A stretch of 28,143 nt of DNA from NCBI GenBank assembly GCA_964547155.1, contig CAZJMM010000002.1, positions 1 through 28,143 on the forward strand. Reading direction: 5' to 3'. Positions 16,704-25,334 of the stretch are shown here, piece after piece. This DNA comes from an uncultured Dehalococcoidaceae bacterium. GTDB taxonomy: Bacteria > Chloroflexota > Dehalococcoidia > GIF9 > DYGU01. The first letter of the stretch is position 1. Each line of letters opens with the position of its first letter. A program made the position numbers and the translations under genes. Under the pieces are notes generated by a model. That model had not been told where the DNA came from, ran no database searches, and saw only the letters and a program-made list of their open reading frames with translations.

Positions 16704-17939
16704 ATGGCTACCGCGGTAATATTACCTAAACTTGATGAAGCAATGCTTACAGGAAAAATCGTAAGGTGGCTGAAGAAAGAGGGGGACTGGGTGGAAAAGG
16801 GCGAAGGCATTGTTGAAATAGAAACCGAGAAGGTAACTTTCGAGGTTGAAGCGGAGGAATCCGGTATCTTAGGTAAGGTAATGGCAAAAGAAGGGGACGA
16901 GGTACCGGTAGGGACAATTATTGTCTTTATCCTTCAGCGGGGAGAAAAAGCGCCTGAGGTTGCAGAACCTGTAATGGTGATTGAAAGAAAGGCAAAGGCT
17001 GAAATGCCCATAGCCGTAGCTAGGGAAGAGATTCAGGTTAAAGTACCCGAGGCACCAAAGGAAGCCCAAGCTATAAAAATCACCCCTGTGGCAAGGAAGA
17101 TAGCTCAAGAATATAATATTGATATAACTGCCATAAAGGGAACGGGTCCGGAGGGGAGGATAGTCAAGGAAGATGTCCTGCGAGCCGTAGAGGAAAGCAA
17201 GGTGGCAGCAGCTCAACCTGTCCGGGAGGAGCCAGAATTGGCTGAAGAGCAAATGGCACCACTATCTTCTATGCGGAAGGTTATTGCCAGGCGCATGACA
17301 GAGAGCTTTCAAACACCGCATTTCTACCTGACGGTGGAGGTTGAAGCTCGGGAACTGGTGAAAACTAATAAACAGTTGATGCCACTTATAGAGGACAAAA
17401 CTGGAATAAGACCGACCATTACTGATTTGATTGTTAAGATGGCAGCGAAAGCGCTGGAGGATAACCCTTCTATGAATTGTGCCTATGTTGATGGGTCTGT
17501 CAAGTTATTCAGGCGAATAGATATAGGATTGGTTACCGCCGTCGAAGGAGGGCTGGTTGTCCCCGTTATCCGTCAGACCAACAAAAAGTCATTGGCGGAG
17601 ATTACTCAAGCCCGGTTTGAGCTAGTTCAGAAGGCAAGAGATGGCAAACTGACTATGGCAGAAATGAGAGGTAGTACTTTCACTATTTCCAACTTGGGGA
17701 TGTTCGGGATAGACCAGTTCAGCGCCATCCTCCAACCTCCTGAAGCGGCTATTTTAGCTGTTGGTCGGATCGCAGACAAACCAGTGGTGCGAGAGGGACA
17801 GATAGTAATAAGACCCATGATGACGCTGACTTTGTCCATTGATCACCGCGTTCTTGATGGCGTTATCGGAGCCCGGTTTCTGCAGAGCCTGAAGAATTAC
17901 ATTGAAAATCCTGCATTGTGCTTTTGTAGTACGACTTAA
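16704..17939 (+). CDS. Dihydrolipoamide acyltransferase E2 with one lipoyl domain
   Basis: Lipoyl site 'EIETEKV', E3-binding 'TPVARKIA...GTGPEGRI', catalytic 'DHRVLDG'. Confidence 0.94.
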   Translation: MATAVILPKLDEAMLTGKIVRWLKKEGDWVEKGEGIVEIETEKVTFEVEAEESGILGKVMAKEGDEVPVGTIIVFILQRGEKAPEVAEPVMVIERKAKAEMPIAVAREEIQVKVPEAPKEAQAIKITPVARKIAQEYNIDITAIKGTGPEGRIVKEDVLRAVEESKVAAAQPVREEPELAEEQMAPLSSMRKVIARRMTESFQTPHFYLTVEVEARELVKTNKQLMPLIEDKTGIRPTITDLIVKMAAKALEDNPSMNCAYVDGSVKLFRRIDIGLVTAVEGGLVVPVIRQTNKKSLAEITQARFELVQKARDGKLTMAEMRGSTFTISNLGMFGIDQFSAILQPPEAAILAVGRIADKPVVREGQIVIRPMMTLTLSIDHRVLDGVIGARFLQSLKNYIENPALCFCSTT

Positions 17940-17973
17940 ACCTCCTTAATCCACAGAATAAAGGGGCAAATCA

Positions 17974-19359
17974 GTGGCTAAGAATATCGTAATCGTTGGT
18001 GGGGGGACCGGTGGCTATGTAGCTGCCATTCGAGCTGCCCAGTTAGGCGCACAAGTTACTCTTATCGAAAAGGACACTCTTGGGGGAACATGTGTCAACC
18101 GAGGTTGTATTCCAACCAAAGCATTACTTCAATCAGCCGATATCTTGGCAAAAATCAGGCATGCTGAAGCCTTTGGTATCTCAGTGGATAAAGTCTCCAT
18201 AGATTTCTCAGTGATAACTAAACGGAAGGAAGCAGTGGTGAAGCGATTGGTGGATGGCGTAGCCTATCTAATGAGGAAGCACAGGATTAAGGTCATTAAA
18301 GGCATTGGCACCTTGATTGATTTCAAGACAGTGAGCATTTTAGGAGAGAATGACAAAATAAATGCTGATAGCATCGTTATCGCTACCGGCTCAAAAGCGT
18401 CTACAGTTCCCATTAAGGGCATTAATGAATCTGGAGTCATGACGAGTGATGAAGCTTTAACCATGAGCCAACTTCCTAAGAGTATTGTCATCATTGGCGG
18501 AGGGGTGATCGGACTGGAATTTGCCCAGATTATGCATAGGCTGGGAGGTAAAGTAACTATTGTAGAGATGATGCCTCAAGTACTGCCCACCGAGGATTTG
18601 GAAATTGCCAACATGCTTGAAGACAGACTAAAGAAAGAAGGCATTGAGATATTCACCGGTGCCACGGTCACCAGCATCAAGCCTGACAAACAAGAGGGGA
18701 AGGTGGTTTCGTTCACCGCTAAGGATGACAACACTGAACGAAAAATTATAGGGGACAAAGTACTGCTTGCCGTGGGGAGACGTCCTTATACCGATGACCT
18801 GGGAGTAGATAAGCTGGGTCTTGTCACGGATAATGGCAGGCTTGTTGTCAATGAACGGATGGAGACTAATGTACCGGGCGTCTATGCCATTGGCGATGTG
18901 GTGGGGGGACTCATGTTGGCTCATGTGGCAATGAATGAAGGTATATGTGCCGTGGAGAATATCATGGGTGCTGGGAGGAAGATAGATTATCGGGCTGTCC
19001 CTCGATGCGTCTATACTACTCCTGAGGTAGCGGGGGTTGGGCTAACTGAGATGGAAGCCAAAGAAGAGTATGGGAATATTAAGGTCGGCCGGTTTCCCTT
19101 TACAGCTAGTGGTAAAGCACTGATACTGAATGAGACAGCGGGTATGGTGAAAATCATTGCTGATGCCAAATATGGAGGAATTCTGGGTGTGCACATCATC
19201 GGTCCTCAGGCGACTGAGTTAATCGCTGAGGCTGTTCTCGGAATGAGAATGGAAGCCACTCTTGAAGACATTGCTTCTGCTATTCACGCTCACCCCACAC
19301 TCTCAGAAGCAATGATGGAGGCTGCCCTGAACGCTGGAGGAAAGACCATCCATTTCTAA
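17974..19359 (+). CDS. lpdA: Dihydrolipoamide dehydrogenase E3
   Basis: GGGTGG, redox disulfide 'GGTCVNRGCIPTK', GGGVIG, 'HAHPTLSE'. Confidence 0.95.
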   Translation: MAKNIVIVGGGTGGYVAAIRAAQLGAQVTLIEKDTLGGTCVNRGCIPTKALLQSADILAKIRHAEAFGISVDKVSIDFSVITKRKEAVVKRLVDGVAYLMRKHRIKVIKGIGTLIDFKTVSILGENDKINADSIVIATGSKASTVPIKGINESGVMTSDEALTMSQLPKSIVIIGGGVIGLEFAQIMHRLGGKVTIVEMMPQVLPTEDLEIANMLEDRLKKEGIEIFTGATVTSIKPDKQEGKVVSFTAKDDNTERKIIGDKVLLAVGRRPYTDDLGVDKLGLVTDNGRLVVNERMETNVPGVYAIGDVVGGLMLAHVAMNEGICAVENIMGAGRKIDYRAVPRCVYTTPEVAGVGLTEMEAKEEYGNIKVGRFPFTASGKALILNETAGMVKIIADAKYGGILGVHIIGPQATELIAEAVLGMRMEATLEDIASAIHAHPTLSEAMMEAALNAGGKTIHF

Positions 19360-19384
19360 ACCACTGAAAAGGGAGGGAGAACTT

Positions 19385-20077
19385 ATCTCTAAAGCAAATC
19401 TGTGTCGGGCATACAACTTGGGCCTTGTCGAGTATGAGAAGGCATTACAATTGCAGAATAATCTGGTCTCAGCCCGTCTTGCTGGTGAGATTCCGGATGT
19501 AATCCTGCTGCTTCAGCATCCTTCAGTAGTGACGATTGGAGTATCCGGAAGTGGTGAAAACATCATTGCCTCCCGAGATTTGCTGGCTGCCGAACGAATA
19601 CCCGTCTTTCATACTGATCGTGGAGGAGATGTTACTTACCATGGACCGGGGCAATTGGTGGGGTATCTAATTCTAAACCTAAAAAACAAAGGAATAGGCA
19701 TTCATCAATATGTGAGTAACCTTGAGGAGGTTATCATACGAACCTTGGATGTTTTCTCTATTCCGGCTCATCACGACTCTCAGTACCCCGGTATCTGGGT
19801 AGGACAGGATAAAATTTGTGCCTTGGGAATCCGAGTAACTCACTGGGTCACCAAGCATGGGTTTGCCCTGAATGTAAATACTGATCTGAGGTACTTCACC
19901 TATATTACTCCTTGTGGCATTAACGATAGACAAGTAACCTCAATGTCGCGATTACTGGGATATGACATTGCTTTAGAAGATGTAATTCCATGCATACTCG
20001 AACAATGCACACAGGTTTTCAATATGAATATCAGGCAAGAATTTGCTCAGGAAATCAACAGCTACTATGTCCGGTAG
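19385..20077 (+). CDS. lipB: Octanoyltransferase LipB; start uncertain (ATC 19385 or TTG 19418)
   Basis: 'LLQHPSVVTIG', 'DRGGDVTYHGPGQLVGY', 'KICALG', 'HGFALNV', 'PCGI'. Confidence 0.92.
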   Translation: MSKANLCRAYNLGLVEYEKALQLQNNLVSARLAGEIPDVILLLQHPSVVTIGVSGSGENIIASRDLLAAERIPVFHTDRGGDVTYHGPGQLVGYLILNLKNKGIGIHQYVSNLEEVIIRTLDVFSIPAHHDSQYPGIWVGQDKICALGIRVTHWVTKHGFALNVNTDLRYFTYITPCGINDRQVTSMSRLLGYDIALEDVIPCILEQCTQVFNMNIRQEFAQEINSYYVR

Positions 20078-20963
20078 GCATCCAGAGTGGTTGAGAAAGA
20101 AGGCTCCATCTCCGTCTATCCTTGCTGAGATGAAGGCACTACTTGACGGGCTATCGCTTCATACTGTTTGTCAGAGTGCCCTATGTCCCAACTTAGGGGA
20201 GTGTTTTTCGCACCAAACTGCAACCTTCCTTATCATGGGAGATATTTGCACCCGTAACTGCCGTTTTTGTGCTATTAGAAGTGGAAAAGGCTTTCCCCTT
20301 GACCCAGATGAGCCTTGGAATGTCGCTCGAGCAGTAGGTAAACTAAAGCTGAAGCATGTTGTCGTCACTTCAGTAACCAGGGATGACTTACCTGATGGAG
20401 GAGCTACACATTTTGCCAGAACGATAAACGCTGTCAGACAAACCAATCCACAGACCACCATTGAGGTTCTTATTCCTGATTTTGAGGGTTCTTCCGATGC
20501 GTTAAGAATCATTGTTGACAGCTTTCCGGAGATTATCACTCACAATGTGGAAACTGTCCCTTGCCTATATGCTGAGGTCCGTCCCAATGCTAATTACTAT
20601 CGCTCGCTCAATCTGCTACAGGCAGTGAAATCCATGGATGGGAAGATATTGACGAAATCGGGGCTGATGCTGGGGTTGGGAGAAGAACATAATGATGTGG
20701 TAGCGGTAATGGAAGACCTCCGTGCCGTATGGTGTGACTTCTTGACTATTGGGCAATACCTGGCGCCCTCATCTAAGCACCATCCAGTGATAAGGTATGT
20801 TACCCCTGAGGAGTTCGAACAATATAAAAGCCTGGGAGAAAGAATGGGCTTTAGCTGTGTAGCCTCAAGCCCCTTTGTACGCAGCTCCTTCAGGGCAGCA
20901 GAAATGTTGGCAATGTTGGGGCATATTGTGTCACGGAATGGACAACCGCTGGTAAGCAATTAG
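20067..20963 (+). CDS. lipA: Lipoyl synthase LipA (radical SAM)
   Basis: 'HTVCQSALCPNLGEC', 'CTRNCRFC', 'GQYL', 'RSSF'; the ATG at 20067 overlaps the end of lipB. Confidence 0.95.
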   Translation: MSGRHPEWLRKKAPSPSILAEMKALLDGLSLHTVCQSALCPNLGECFSHQTATFLIMGDICTRNCRFCAIRSGKGFPLDPDEPWNVARAVGKLKLKHVVVTSVTRDDLPDGGATHFARTINAVRQTNPQTTIEVLIPDFEGSSDALRIIVDSFPEIITHNVETVPCLYAEVRPNANYYRSLNLLQAVKSMDGKILTKSGLMLGLGEEHNDVVAVMEDLRAVWCDFLTIGQYLAPSSKHHPVIRYVTPEEFEQYKSLGERMGFSCVASSPFVRSSFRAAEMLAMLGHIVSRNGQPLVSN

Positions 20964-20988
20964 TTCTTGATGCTAATCCTAATAGCTG

Positions 20989-21016
20989 TTGCCTCTAGTT
21001 TGTTCATTCTTATACT
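20989..21016 (+). promoter_or_regulatory. Possible sigma70-type promoter for AOR
   Basis: TTGCCT (20989-20994), 16 nt, TATACT (21011-21016), followed by AAGGAGG. Confidence 0.45.
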
Positions 21017-21036
21017 AACTATAAAGGAGGTCAGAA

Positions 21037-22806
21037 ATTAAAGGGTTCTTCAATCGAGTGCTGCACATAAATCTAACGAACTGCCAATATTGGGCACAAG
21101 AAATAGGAGATGAAGTTCTTGCTTCTTGGCTCGGAGGTCGGGGCCTAGGATGTTATTTGTTGTGGAAGAATTTAAAGCCAGGCATTGACCCCCTGTCTAG
21201 TGAAAATGTGCTCATCTTTGCTACTGGACCAGCTACTGGGACAAGAATGTTTGGCTCGAGCCGTTACGGCGTTTTCAGCAAATCGCCTTTGACTAACTTC
21301 TTCGCTGATTCTTATGCTGGTGGTCATGTTGCTCCAGCAATGAAAAGAACTGGTTACGACGCTGTAGTTATCCATGGCTCTTCTCCTTCTCCTGTTTTTC
21401 TTGAAATCTCACCCAAGGAGGTGAGGTTTCGGGAGGCTTTGCCCCTGTGGGGCAAGGATACCCACCAAACAGAAGATGGGTGTCTGAAGGAAGTTAACAT
21501 TCCAGGAGCTCAGGCAGTGGTCATTGGACCAGCCGGAGAGAAACTGGTGAGATTCGCTTGTATCGCGAATAACTATTGGCGGAATGCTGGCAGAACTGGT
21601 ATGGGAGCAGTAATGGGCTCCAAGAAGCTAAAGGCTATAGTGTTTCACGGAGATAAACAACCGGAAATAGCTGATTCCCAGTTGCTGGAAGACCTGGTTG
21701 AGGAAATTTTACAAAAGGGTAAAGTTGACCCTGTAGCTCGCCGATATAAGGAGCTGGGAACTCCAATGTTAGTCACTATAACAAACCAGGCTAGGGCTTT
21801 CCCGACAGAATACTGGTCAATTGGGACGATAGAGGGTTGGGAAAAGATTTCGGGTGAAACGATGATTACAAGATTTAGAGTCAAGCCAAAAGCCTGCCCG
21901 AGGTGTTTTCTTGCTTGCGGAAAGCTAACCTTAATAACCGAAGGCAGACACAAAGGCTTAACCATCGAAGGACCTGAATATGAGACTATCTACAGTTTTG
22001 GTGGATTATGCAAGATCTTAGATTTAGGTGAAATTGCTTACTTGAATAATCTCTGTGACAGGTTAGGAGTAGACACTATTACCACTGGGAATCTCATAGC
22101 CTTGTGCATGGAATTATACAAGAGGCGAAGGCTTCCTGAGAAAGTAGAATATGGAAATCCTGACCATGCCGCCGATTTATTAATGAGAATTTGCCAAAGA
22201 GAAGGATTAGGGCAGACCTTAGCCGATGGAATACGAAAGGCAAGCCAGGCCCTAGATGCTGAAGATTTAGCTATTCACGTCAAGGGATTGGAACCAGCAG
22301 GATATGACCCTAGGGTGCTCAAGGGTATGGCTCTTGGCTATGCTGTCTCGCCTCGTGGTGCTTGCCATTTGCCAGCGACCTTTTACATATTTGAATTGCG
22401 TGGTGTTGTTGAACCCTCACGGGTCGAAGGCAAAGCAGCACTGTTTATCAAGTACGAGGACAGGCTTACTATTATGGATACAATGATCTCGTGCCGATTT
22501 TTCAGAGACTTAATAGGATGGGAGGAATTAATCAAAGCGGTACAAGCTACAACGGGGTTGGAAGTGGACGCAGAGCAACTGCAAAAAATAGCCAGCGACA
22601 TCACTACGCTCAGGCGTTTAATAAACCTGCGAGAAGGTTTAACAAAGCAAGATGATATGCTACCACAACGATTCTTTGACGAGCCGAGAACCGATGATGG
22701 TCAGAGGATTATTAAGGACGAATTCCTACATATGCTGGAAGAATATTATTCTCTTAGGGGTTGGGACAAGGAGGGGAAACCACTGAAAAGTCTCATAATA
22801 ACATAG
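21037..22806 (+). CDS. Tungsten-type aldehyde:ferredoxin oxidoreductase (AOR family), probable ATT start
   Basis: 'LGGRGLG', 'KSPLT', 'IGPAGEKLVRFACI', 'GRTGMGAVMGSKKLKA', CPRCFLAC, 'GPEYET', 'GACH'; N-terminus (M)KGFFNRVLHINL. Confidence 0.92.
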   Translation: MKGFFNRVLHINLTNCQYWAQEIGDEVLASWLGGRGLGCYLLWKNLKPGIDPLSSENVLIFATGPATGTRMFGSSRYGVFSKSPLTNFFADSYAGGHVAPAMKRTGYDAVVIHGSSPSPVFLEISPKEVRFREALPLWGKDTHQTEDGCLKEVNIPGAQAVVIGPAGEKLVRFACIANNYWRNAGRTGMGAVMGSKKLKAIVFHGDKQPEIADSQLLEDLVEEILQKGKVDPVARRYKELGTPMLVTITNQARAFPTEYWSIGTIEGWEKISGETMITRFRVKPKACPRCFLACGKLTLITEGRHKGLTIEGPEYETIYSFGGLCKILDLGEIAYLNNLCDRLGVDTITTGNLIALCMELYKRRRLPEKVEYGNPDHAADLLMRICQREGLGQTLADGIRKASQALDAEDLAIHVKGLEPAGYDPRVLKGMALGYAVSPRGACHLPATFYIFELRGVVEPSRVEGKAALFIKYEDRLTIMDTMISCRFFRDLIGWEELIKAVQATTGLEVDAEQLQKIASDITTLRRLINLREGLTKQDDMLPQRFFDEPRTDDGQRIIKDEFLHMLEEYYSLRGWDKEGKPLKSLIIT

Positions 22807-23120
22807 GGGGCTGAGCAAGCTCTTAACCGGGGAACAGAAAATCAAAGAACTTAAATACAGGACTTGCATTATTCTTTCATTAGGAGGCGATTGTTCAGTA
22901 TCGGTGTAGCTCGCATCGCCTGCTCCAAAAGCTATACTGTCAGCAACTATGCTAGTGGGATTAACTTAGACATCGATATAATGTATAGGGGCAAGACTGT
23001 GATTCACAAGAAAGCGCCAGCAAATCAGATAGACTCTGCCCCTAACTCCTCGTCAACGGCTTTCTCGCCCCTTGGCTAAGCGGGTCTTGAAGGGGATAAT
23101 CTTGGTGAGGTCTCCTACCT

Positions 23121-23342
23121 CTAGCACCATGATACCATGAGTGGTGCGTACTTATCGGGTGAAACGTATATTGCATCTACTGGACAGTCAAGTTCACAAT
23201 AGTCGCAGCACATACACTCCTCCGGATATTTGATGATGGCCTTCTCGCCTTTCTCGTCCATCCTTATCACATCCATGGGACAGCTGTTGATGCATATGCC
23301 GCAACCAGTGCATAACTCGGGGTCAATCCGCTCAATGGACAT
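23121..23342 (-). CDS. 2x[4Fe-4S] ferredoxin (AprB-like)
   Basis: CTGCGICINSCP and CMCCDYCELDCP; ATG at 23342 follows a GGGAGG SD (preferred over 23369). Confidence 0.9.
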   Translation of the reverse strand: MSIERIDPELCTGCGICINSCPMDVIRMDEKGEKAIIKYPEECMCCDYCELDCPVDAIYVSPDKYAPLMVSWC

Positions 23343-23425
23343 CGTAGTTACCTCCCTATGATCACTCAATTTAAGTTATTTTTCACACATGTGCCTTCGT
23401 CAGCCCACCTAATAAACAATTGCGG

Positions 23426-25159
23426 TCACTCCACAGGCTCCCCAGGGAACCGCAAATCATACCTCTCTTTGTATGGCTTCGAAAGGTCTGGCCACCATTC
23501 CTTTGGAACTGGCTCTTTCAAAACGTTCATCCTGCCCTGCTCCTCTCTAATCTTTGTCCACGCCAGCCAGGTTGGATCGTCTCTTTGCGGATAGTCTTCC
23601 CGGTAGTGGGCTCCTCTGCTCTCAGTCCTGAAGAGTGAGGCTCTCAGCATCATTTCGGCGCTAACAACCATGTTTTTAGTCTCGTGGACTAAACGTAGTT
23701 CGTGAGCATCCTTGGCTATCAATTTAGGAACTAAGTGGTCCCTTAGGAACTCAACTATTGTTAGCGCTGCCTGCAACCGCTCCCCGTGCTTAATATATAC
23801 TATGAAATATGGCATCACGGTGTTCTGAAGTAGCTGCGTCACCCACCTCGGGCTGAAGCCCCCTTTCCGTTCAGTAGGCGCATACACAACCTTCTTTAAC
23901 CTTGCCAGCTCTTCCTCATCTACTATTAGCTTTTCGGCTTGTAAGGCATACTCAGCAGCCCCTGCCCCAGCCCTTCTACCGGTAACTGCTGAGGGGCATG
24001 TACCCAACCCCGGGTTAGTAAGATAACTTCCGTTGTATCTTGTACCGCCACAGTCACCAGCGGCGTAAAGCCCGGGAAGACTTGTGGCGCCTTTTGTGTT
24101 AATAACCCATACCCCCGATGCCCCCACATGTGAATATCCCGCAGGGCCACCGACTATTGGAATCTTACCGCGACGGCTCAGGTCAAGTCCTATCCGTTCA
24201 TGCTCTATGAGCCGGTATCCTGAGTTCGCCTCTCCTCTTTGTGCTTCCTTTATGTCCTCATCAGTAGCCGAGGCAAGGTCCCATAATACCGGTCCACTAC
24301 CGACATGGGCTAAAAACTCCCAGTTAAGCTTCCACTCCCGGCGAAAACTTTCCGCACCCGGTTGAAGATAATCGGTAAAAGGGAATGCGTTGTTGCCTTC
24401 TCCATCAATAGTAAGACGAGGGAAGAGGTTTAGGTAGCCCCAAGTGACACGCCCCCAAAGAGGATAAGTGGCTATAGTAGGAAATGTAGAGGGGAATTCC
24501 TTACCGGTAATCTCAGCCCCAGCTCTATAAGCCATCCCTTCCCCATCACCAGTGATAGACCACATGGCAAATAGTGGCGGCTTATAGCTGCTGCCACCGG
24601 CAGTTAAGGCAGTTGCTTTTGCCTTAAAGATATACAAATCGCCGGTGTCAAAGGAAAAGCCGATGGCTCCGACCACCTTACCATCCTGCTTCAGCAGGTC
24701 TGTACACATAATTCTATCCATAATCCTAACGCCAACCTTTTCAGCCTGTCTCCTCAGAGCCGGCGCCGTTTTTCTAAACTTTGGGCGTATGCCAGTGAAT
24801 GGTGGAAACATATGTATGCATTCATGCCAGTCGGGATGAAATTCGACACCCCAGGAAACAAGGTCCTGATAAATAGCCAGCGAATCCTTCAAGATGATCT
24901 CACACCACTCACGGTTGTTGATATACTCACCGCTTTTAACAAATGTATCCATCAACAGGTCAAAGTCTGCTCCCCATTCAGGATTAAAAACCATCCAGAA
25001 TATTTGAGCAGCGATACTAGCGCCTGATTTACCGGCATAGGCCTTATCTACAATGGTCACATGGAGCCCCTGCTCTTTAGCCTTTATTGCCGCAAAACAA
25101 CCCGCTATGCCTCCCCCGATAACCAGAACATCAGTTTCCACCACATTTTCTAGTGGCAT
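23426..25159 (-). CDS. FAD-dependent oxidoreductase, AprA/SdhA/FrdA superfamily, unknown substrate
   Basis: 'DVLVIGGGIAG', 'TSLPGLYAAGD', 'RTESRGAHYREDYP'; upstream of a ferredoxin. Confidence 0.85.
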   Translation of the reverse strand: MPLENVVETDVLVIGGGIAGCFAAIKAKEQGLHVTIVDKAYAGKSGASIAAQIFWMVFNPEWGADFDLLMDTFVKSGEYINNREWCEIILKDSLAIYQDLVSWGVEFHPDWHECIHMFPPFTGIRPKFRKTAPALRRQAEKVGVRIMDRIMCTDLLKQDGKVVGAIGFSFDTGDLYIFKAKATALTAGGSSYKPPLFAMWSITGDGEGMAYRAGAEITGKEFPSTFPTIATYPLWGRVTWGYLNLFPRLTIDGEGNNAFPFTDYLQPGAESFRREWKLNWEFLAHVGSGPVLWDLASATDEDIKEAQRGEANSGYRLIEHERIGLDLSRRGKIPIVGGPAGYSHVGASGVWVINTKGATSLPGLYAAGDCGGTRYNGSYLTNPGLGTCPSAVTGRRAGAGAAEYALQAEKLIVDEEELARLKKVVYAPTERKGGFSPRWVTQLLQNTVMPYFIVYIKHGERLQAALTIVEFLRDHLVPKLIAKDAHELRLVHETKNMVVSAEMMLRASLFRTESRGAHYREDYPQRDDPTWLAWTKIREEQGRMNVLKEPVPKEWWPDLSKPYKERYDLRFPGEPVE

Positions 25160-25225
25160 TTCAGCTTTCTCCTGATCTTAAAGTTCATCTCGCCTAACTG
25201 GTAATTGCTAGTAGATCATCCCTTC

Positions 25226-25273
25226 TGGCATTGGGAGCGAAGACGGAGTGATCTAGTCAGGCAGTCATTGCGA
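25226..25273. repeat. Degenerate REP/RPE-like palindromic repeat copies
   Basis: TGGCATTGGGAGCGAAGACGGAGTGATCT plus GTCATTGCGA resemble the widespread GTCATTGCGAGGAGCGAAGCGACGAAGCAATCT-type repeat (consensus from memory). TAGATCA/TGATCTA arms at 25212-25218 and 25249-25255. Confidence 0.4.
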
Positions 25274-25334
25274 AAAAGATGATATGGCTCTTGCCTTAGA
25301 CTTTCAGCTATACTTTCGGCAATGTCAAGTTCAC

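Noticed and set aside
22864-23079. 71-aa ORF with a nearby AGGAGG
   Set aside because: The SD-to-TTG spacing is only 3 nt and the protein is unrecognisable; it may be a decayed remnant but cannot be supported.
23426-25159. Calling this aprA or sdhA
   Set aside because: No supporting pathway genes and no covalent-FAD His; only superfamily-level similarity can be supported.
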